A stretch of 64,000 bases of DNA from Butyricicoccus pullicaecorum (GTDB lineage Bacteria; Bacillota; Clostridia; Oscillospirales; Butyricicoccaceae), in the NCBI GenBank assembly GCA_018365995.1, contig JAGZIY010000003.1, forward strand, positions 58,146 to 122,145. The letters are read 5' to 3'. Of the stretch, positions 58,727-64,000 are shown one piece after another; position 1 is the first letter of the stretch, and each line of letters opens with the position of its first letter. The notes beneath the pieces are model-generated. The model was not told where the DNA came from and ran no database searches. It was given only the letters and a program-made list of their open reading frames with translations. The position numbers and the translations under genes were made by a program.

Positions 58727-60027
58727 GGCATTTTGGCAAGCGGAATGGTAATGAGAAGTTCAAAAATACCCTGATTACGTGCAATATGAAAGGTTCCGCC
58801 ATACCGCATCGCGATTTCCTGCAAGCTGGGCAATCCATGCCCGTGATTTTTTCGGTCTGCTTTGCTGCTTGGCGGCAGGGTATTTGTCTTTAATGGGGAA
58901 TGGTCAATGGTTGGATTGCAGATGCGAAGCACAAACAATCCTTTATCAGCACGAGTTTGTAGGGAGAGCCGGCGTTCTGAAAAAGGCAGCAGCATACATG
59001 CTTCCATGGCATTGTCCATACCGTTTGCAAACAAGGCACAGAGGTCAATAGGCTGTATGGGGAGATGCTTGGGCAGGGCAATGGTGTATTGTGCCGTGAT
59101 TTGCTGTTGTTCTATTTGGGTCATCTTATTTTGCAAAACGGCATTCACGATTTGATTTTCGCAATACACAGTATGGGATTGCATGGCTGGTGTATTTATG
59201 AGTGCCTCGATGTAGGTACGCAAAGAAGCATCGTCCAGCCCACGCATAGTTTGCAGGTGGTTTGCCATATCGTGCCGCAATCGGCGTACCGCAAGCTGAG
59301 ACTGTTCTAGTTGGTCATAATAGGTACGGTTGACCTCGTAGAGTGTATTTGCCTGTAAAAGCTGCTCGTGTCTGGACAGCAAACGAATGACATATAAATT
59401 CATGCAGACAGACAGCAGGATTGCCGGCGTCATAAGAAGTGTTTGCAGATCAAAAAAGTGAGAAAAGGCAACTTGCAGTGCAGATTGTCCCCAATTGGGC
59501 TGAAGCATGGGAAAGGCAATACAGAGCAAAAGGACGGAAAAGGTGAAAAGGCTCATAAGCAGTGACACACGCCAGAGGGGTGGGGAGAGAATCGGAATCT
59601 CATTGGTACAGATTTTCACATATCGAAACAGCAGCCAAAGCATGAGGAGGATAAAAACTTGAATGCTATGAAGAGTTGTATGTACTTGTGCATGAGAAGC
59701 AGATCCAGAAAGGCTTGGGGCCAATAGTGTGATGAGTCCGCTCAGTGACACAGAAAGGACATAGAGATTCAGAAGCAGAGAGAGCCGTGCGAGCAAAGAG
59801 CCTTGGACACAAAGCCACAGGATACCAAAAAAGAAAGGGAGCAGATAGAGAAGATTTGGGTCGGCAGTGTAGATGGGTAAAGAGGGAGCAATGGACAAGA
59901 TGACAATGCGCGCAAGACGGAAAAAGATGCCGTGACGCAAGGGAAGAAACGTGCCCAGCAGCTTTTCATAAAGCATGCCGCAGGTAAGAACCAGAATCAG
60001 GTTGCCAAAAAAGAGAAGCATTATCAT
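58723..60027 (-). CDS. sensor histidine kinase (AgrC/LytS-like HPK10-type; GHKL ATPase) partner of a LytTR regulator
   Basis: N-terminal polytopic domain of about 200 aa. The C-terminal ATPase motifs NHGHGLPSLQEIAMRYGG are typical of kinases paired with LytTR regulators. Its start overlaps the regulator's stop. Confidence 0.8.
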   Translation of the reverse strand: MIMLLFFGNLILVLTCGMLYEKLLGTFLPLRHGIFFRLARIVILSIAPSLPIYTADPNLLYLLPFFFGILWLCVQGSLLARLSLLLNLYVLSVSLSGLITLLAPSLSGSASHAQVHTTLHSIQVFILLMLWLLFRYVKICTNEIPILSPPLWRVSLLMSLFTFSVLLLCIAFPMLQPNWGQSALQVAFSHFFDLQTLLMTPAILLSVCMNLYVIRLLSRHEQLLQANTLYEVNRTYYDQLEQSQLAVRRLRHDMANHLQTMRGLDDASLRTYIEALINTPAMQSHTVYCENQIVNAVLQNKMTQIEQQQITAQYTIALPKHLPIQPIDLCALFANGMDNAMEACMLLPFSERRLSLQTRADKGLFVLRICNPTIDHSPLKTNTLPPSSKADRKNHGHGLPSLQEIAMRYGGTFHIARNQGIFELLITIPLAKMP

Positions 60028-60713
60028 AGCAATAGACCACGGGCACAGGATTCCAGAACCGATTGGCGATTGGAGCGGCTGATGGGAAGCTGGATACTGC
60101 CTAGAAAGACGGCATGATTTTCGATGCGGTCTATGGCGCCGATGCGCACCAGATAGCGCTGGTGGATTCGTATGAATTCATCTGAAAGACGTTCGGCTAC
60201 CCGATCCAGCTTATCGTAAAATGTATATTCTGTATGTACTGTGACGAGGTGAATCAACCGGCGGTCACTGAAAAAATAGCGGATATCCGAAAAAGGGATA
60301 CGGTAGAGCCCCTCATGATTTTGTACCACAAAGGCTGTGACCTGTTCCTGCTGTTGCTGTACACGCGTTAGGACATGAACGAGTTTATCGGTTTTTAGAG
60401 GTTTCATAAGATAGTCAAACGCACAAACCGAATATCCGTCAAACACATAGTCGGGGTATCCGGTTAAGAATACGATTGGAATATGGATATGTAGAGCACG
60501 AATCTGTTTGGCGGTTTCCATTCCAGAAATCCCACTCATTTCGATATCCAGAAAAAGAAGATCCAACGTGTCAGGGTGCTTTTGCAGCCATGAAAGCACT
60601 CCTTCGCCGGAAGAGAATTCATAGCAAATACAGTTGGGGGAAAGCCGTTCCAGTGCACTGTGCAGTGCAAAGCGCGATTCCATTGCGTCATCGCAGATTC
60701 CAATACGAAGCAT
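60024..60713 (-). CDS. LytTR-family response regulator (AgrA/LytR-like)
   Basis: Receiver domain with the phosphoacceptor Asp in LLFLDIEM, plus a C-terminal LytTR DNA-binding domain. RBS AAAGGGA. Confidence 0.85.
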   Translation of the reverse strand: MLRIGICDDAMESRFALHSALERLSPNCICYEFSSGEGVLSWLQKHPDTLDLLFLDIEMSGISGMETAKQIRALHIHIPIVFLTGYPDYVFDGYSVCAFDYLMKPLKTDKLVHVLTRVQQQQEQVTAFVVQNHEGLYRIPFSDIRYFFSDRRLIHLVTVHTEYTFYDKLDRVAERLSDEFIRIHQRYLVRIGAIDRIENHAVFLGSIQLPISRSNRQSVLESCARGLLL

Positions 60714-60755
60714 GATAAATCCCTTTCGATATCAATGGTTATGTCCTTATTATAG

Positions 60756-60803
60756 CAAATTTGAATATCTTTTGCATCTCAGCCAGTTCCAAATTTGACA
60801 TAT
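60756..60803. promoter_or_regulatory. direct repeats (C)CAAATTTGA(A/C)ATAT spaced 33 bp apart in the divergent intergenic region; candidate LytTR-regulator binding sites
   Basis: Two copies at 60756-60769 and 60789-60803. On the minus strand the second repeat directly abuts a TATAAT -10 for the regulator-kinase operon. Confidence 0.35.
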
Positions 60804-60937
60804 AATCTGCAAAAGTTTACAAGGATATTTGGCAGCTGCAAAAAATATCCAGCGGCATACCAGTTTTGACAATGCGGTTTGCGTGTTTCGCAGGACATCG
60901 GTATTATGGAACTATAGAAATGAAAGGAGTGAAAATC

Positions 60938-61681
60938 ATGATGCTGCAAGTAAAGAATCTGCATAAATCCTATCAGATTGGAAAACAGAATTATGAGGTG
61001 CTGAAAGGGGTTTCACTGACTGTGGAACAGGGAGAGCTGGTTGCCGTAATGGGTCCCTCTGGTTCTGGAAAAACAACACTGCTCAATTGTATTTCCCGCT
61101 ATATTCCGTTTGAGTCAGGAGAAATTTTGCTGGGAGATATCGCGCTGGCTGCATTAAATGAAAATGAGATTGCCAGAGTTCGCAATACACGTCTTGGATT
61201 TGTCTTTCAGGATTTTATGCTTTTAGATGGATTGACAGTACGGGATAACATTATGCTGCCGCGTATCATTGGGGGGAATACAGATGGAGATATGGAACAA
61301 ACCGCTGATAATCTCTGCAAAATGTTTGGAATTGATGCAATCAAGCACAAATATCCGGCTGAAATCTCGGGCGGAGAACGCCAAAGGACGGCTGTGGCAC
61401 GTGCGCTGATCAATCACCCGCTGATGATTTTGGCAGATGAGCCAACGGGAAACTTGGATTCGAAATCTTCGAGAGCAGTTATTCGGGCATTTGAGCAGGC
61501 AAAGCAGGAACTGGGAGCCACGATTTTTATGGTGACACACGATTCCTTTGCGGCTTCTTATTGTGACCGTGTCATATTGATGCAGGACGGTGTCGTATAT
61601 CAGCAGTTGCAGAGTAAAGGAGACTGTGCCGCATTTCAGGACGAACTGCTGGGTGCAATCAAAAATATGAGCAGGGAGTGA
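60938..61681 (+). CDS. ABC transporter ATP-binding protein (MacB/BceA/FtsE-like)
   Basis: Walker A GPSGSGKTT, signature ISGGERQR, Walker B ILADEPTGNLD. RBS AAAGGAG. Confidence 0.9.
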   Translation: MMLQVKNLHKSYQIGKQNYEVLKGVSLTVEQGELVAVMGPSGSGKTTLLNCISRYIPFESGEILLGDIALAALNENEIARVRNTRLGFVFQDFMLLDGLTVRDNIMLPRIIGGNTDGDMEQTADNLCKMFGIDAIKHKYPAEISGGERQRTAVARALINHPLMILADEPTGNLDSKSSRAVIRAFEQAKQELGATIFMVTHDSFAASYCDRVILMQDGVVYQQLQSKGDCAAFQDELLGAIKNMSRE

Positions 61682-61686
61682 ACTGT

Positions 61687-63816
61687 ATGCAAACCTTTCA
61701 TGAAGTATATGCTGCCTTGCGGCGCAAAAACTGGGCACAGTATCGCCTTTTGACGAACTGCTGCTTCTTTTCGGTTCTGCTGATTACAGCCTATGTGACG
61801 ATGATGCGCTCGCCAACGATTCTCAATGTATTGCCGGAAGGCGGCGATTCACGCAAACAGGTGATGATGATTTTTGTGCTTGCCTGTGTAGGATGCGCTG
61901 TATTTACTACATATGCCAGTGCCATTTTCTTTCGCCAAAAATCACGGGAAATTGGTGTATTTTTACTGTTGGGTGCAACCCGAAAACAGATATGTAAGCT
62001 ATTATTTGCAGACCTCGCACGAATCGCTGCAATCTCTTGTCTTTCAGGTGCACTATTGGGTGCACCACTCGCATGGGGAATATGGTTTTTGTTCCGCTTG
62101 TTTGTGGTGGATAGTGAGGAAATGCCGTTGACTTTTGATTCACAGGCATATCTGTTTGCATTGGTTTTTTCCATTTTTGTGGTTGTGATGCTCTTTGGCA
62201 TGGGAACACGTTTTATTCGGCGCACCAATATTATAGATGTGGTCAATACATCACATAAAACAGAGCCGATTCGGGAGGTAAAGGCTTGGTATGGCAGTGT
62301 TGGGATTTTTCTCATGGTAGTGGGCGGCTTACTGGGCTATCTGATGCCGAGTTTTTTTGTGCTTGTTCTGCACTGGTATGCGGCCGGGTGGATTGATGGT
62401 ATTTTTTATGTGCCCCTGTTTATTGGGCTTTATATGGTGCTGCTGCATACCGTGGTCAATGGATTTCAAAAAGGGAAAAGCCGTTATCGGCATTTGATTT
62501 CTACTGCGATGATGAAGTTTCAAGGACGGCAGACTGTGCGCAATATGTTAGTGATTACTGTACTGCTGGCGGGTGCGTATTTTGGGTTGTTCTATACACC
62601 GATGCTGGGAACAGGTGCAATCATTGAATTTGCACAGCGCCCCATTGATTATGCGTTTCACTATCGAAATGACCAGACCAATATGATACAGAGAGCAGAG
62701 ATAGAACAGCTGGCAAAGGAGGAAAATGTACAGATTACAAGCTGGACACAGGCGCAGATCGCAGAACTTGGAGTGGACGGAACGACACAGGTGGAGCGCG
62801 AAACAGCACTTGGTGTAACGTATGAAACATTATATGTAGAAATGCTGGCATCAACAGGTTTCATGTCGGAAAGCGCGTATGAAGCGTTGACAGGACAAGA
62901 TGCGGTGGTGGAAAAGGGACACGTGAAAACGGTTGTAGATGATAATGGGGGGACACGGTGGAGAACCGACCCAAATATCACACGTGTAGAGAATCTGGTC
63001 ACGGGACAGGTACTGCACGTAGAGCCGGATATTGACAGCCCGCTCCAATATAGTATGCTCATTGGCTACTATGTTCTCAATGATGAGGACTATGCTGCAA
63101 TCTCGAAAGGCTTGCTGCCAGACTGGCAGGAAACTATGGTATTTTTTAACGTAGCGGACAGTGATGCAAGCTATCCCTTTGCCAAACGATTGTTTGATGA
63201 AATCGTCGACCGCTCCGGACCGGAGGTAGAGCAGTATGATGCGTTTAATTATGGCGCACAAATATATGCCCAAAGCCAAGGGGAAACGTATTATTATGCG
63301 CGGGAGAACCTGAAAGCAGCAGGACTTCAGCATATTGATTATGCAGAGCGGGATTCTTCGGAATTTCGATTGTACTGGAAGTATATGCCGCAATTTCGGG
63401 TATTCGATCAAAATGATTTCGTGCGTACAACTGCGGTGTTCCTAATGCTGTTTATTTTTATTGCAATCATTTGCTTTGCGGCAGTCATTATCATTGCCTA
63501 TACGCGCTGCATAACGATTGCGATGGGAAATATTGAACTGTATGAGGATTTAAGACGTTTGGGTGCAAGCCGTGCGTATTTATTGGAAACCGTGCGCGGG
63601 CAGGTCAGCCGTATCTTCTTTATGCCTTGTCTGGTCGGTACGTTGGGGATTCTGGCGCTGTATATCATGATTTTATATTTCAATGACAATACTTTGTCTT
63701 TTCATGAAATTGCAGGGTTGGGTGTCAGCGGTATTTTAGTATTGGCAGTGTCCGCACTCCTGTATGGTGTTTATCGTATTTCCAGACGTAAGGTTTGTGA
63801 GATTTTAGGTGTATGA
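61687..63816 (+). CDS. ABC transporter permease of the FtsX/BceB type (about 710 aa, 10 TM, large extracellular loop)
   Basis: The architecture is four TM helices, a long hydrophilic domain of about 230 aa, then further TM helices. FtsX-type ending. RBS AGGGAG. The stop/start region is close to the ATPase gene. Confidence 0.85.
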   Translation: MQTFHEVYAALRRKNWAQYRLLTNCCFFSVLLITAYVTMMRSPTILNVLPEGGDSRKQVMMIFVLACVGCAVFTTYASAIFFRQKSREIGVFLLLGATRKQICKLLFADLARIAAISCLSGALLGAPLAWGIWFLFRLFVVDSEEMPLTFDSQAYLFALVFSIFVVVMLFGMGTRFIRRTNIIDVVNTSHKTEPIREVKAWYGSVGIFLMVVGGLLGYLMPSFFVLVLHWYAAGWIDGIFYVPLFIGLYMVLLHTVVNGFQKGKSRYRHLISTAMMKFQGRQTVRNMLVITVLLAGAYFGLFYTPMLGTGAIIEFAQRPIDYAFHYRNDQTNMIQRAEIEQLAKEENVQITSWTQAQIAELGVDGTTQVERETALGVTYETLYVEMLASTGFMSESAYEALTGQDAVVEKGHVKTVVDDNGGTRWRTDPNITRVENLVTGQVLHVEPDIDSPLQYSMLIGYYVLNDEDYAAISKGLLPDWQETMVFFNVADSDASYPFAKRLFDEIVDRSGPEVEQYDAFNYGAQIYAQSQGETYYYARENLKAAGLQHIDYAERDSSEFRLYWKYMPQFRVFDQNDFVRTTAVFLMLFIFIAIICFAAVIIIAYTRCITIAMGNIELYEDLRRLGASRAYLLETVRGQVSRIFFMPCLVGTLGILALYIMILYFNDNTLSFHEIAGLGVSGILVLAVSALLYGVYRISRRKVCEILGV

Positions 63817-64000
63817 TAGCGGGTGAGAATCCTATTGCCGTATGTACAAAGCCGATTCCTGTAGAAGCTGACAATGATGACGCGGCGCGGAGAATGTGGC
63901 GGAACACCTGAAAAAACGATAATTATTATATAATTATTTGTGCAATATATTGAAAGTGCGGCGGGGAAGTGCTATGATATGAACAAGGAGTGTTGTAAGA

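Noticed and set aside
58641-58751. 36-codon ORF MLCADAVQEPDSGTTSIPSFIFGMMGFFMAFWQAEW near the LytTR two-component system, considered as an AgrD-like autoinducing peptide precursor
   Set aside because: It is on the wrong strand and the wrong side (3' end) of the kinase gene for an agr-like operon. It has no RBS, runs straight through a terminator hairpin, and there is no AgrB-like processing gene. It is more parsimoniously non-coding (see the sRNA candidate).

Overview
This window looks like chromosomal DNA from a spore-forming Firmicute (Clostridia-like, about 50% GC; it carries an alpha/beta-type SASP gene). It is densely coded, mostly with recognisable core and metabolic genes.

Gene content in order:
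- A glycerophosphodiester phosphodiesterase and oligoendopeptidase F.
- An anaerobic redox-stress cluster: [FeFe]-hydrogenase, ferredoxin, a Cys-motif membrane protein, hybrid-cluster protein Hcp and a hemerythrin-like protein.
- An NSS-family Na+ symporter with a terminator inside its leader.
- A Leloir galactose operon (LacI-family regulator, galK, galE, galT, galM).
- A three-component sugar-sensing module (AraC-type response regulator, YesM-like kinase, periplasmic binding-protein sensor) directly upstream of a CUT2-family sugar ABC transporter.
- Two flavodiiron proteins, trxB/trxA, a MATE exporter, a secreted PL8-family polysaccharide lyase and a DUF4349-like lipoprotein.
- A TauE/SafE exporter split into two coupled half-genes, plus a separate full-length copy.
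- prfB (no frameshift site), a CaCA Ca2+/Na+ antiporter with a structured leader, secA, ychF, a VanW-family protein and a DUF975 protein.
- A metG, tatD, split-metH, yitJ cluster and a CBS protein.
- A LytTR-type two-component system divergent from a BceAB-like ABC transporter.

I found no CRISPR array, rRNA, tRNA, transposase or phage genes. The less ordinary signals are small-scale:
- A tandem pair of paralogous small membrane proteins.
- An AT-rich orphan gene at 28360-28833.
- Repeated palindromic hairpins between the antiporter gene and secA.
- A possible Mn2+-riboswitch-like leader.
- A short terminator-bounded sRNA candidate.
- Several split or translationally coupled gene pairs.

All protein assignments are motif-level calls read from the translations. 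No database search was run.
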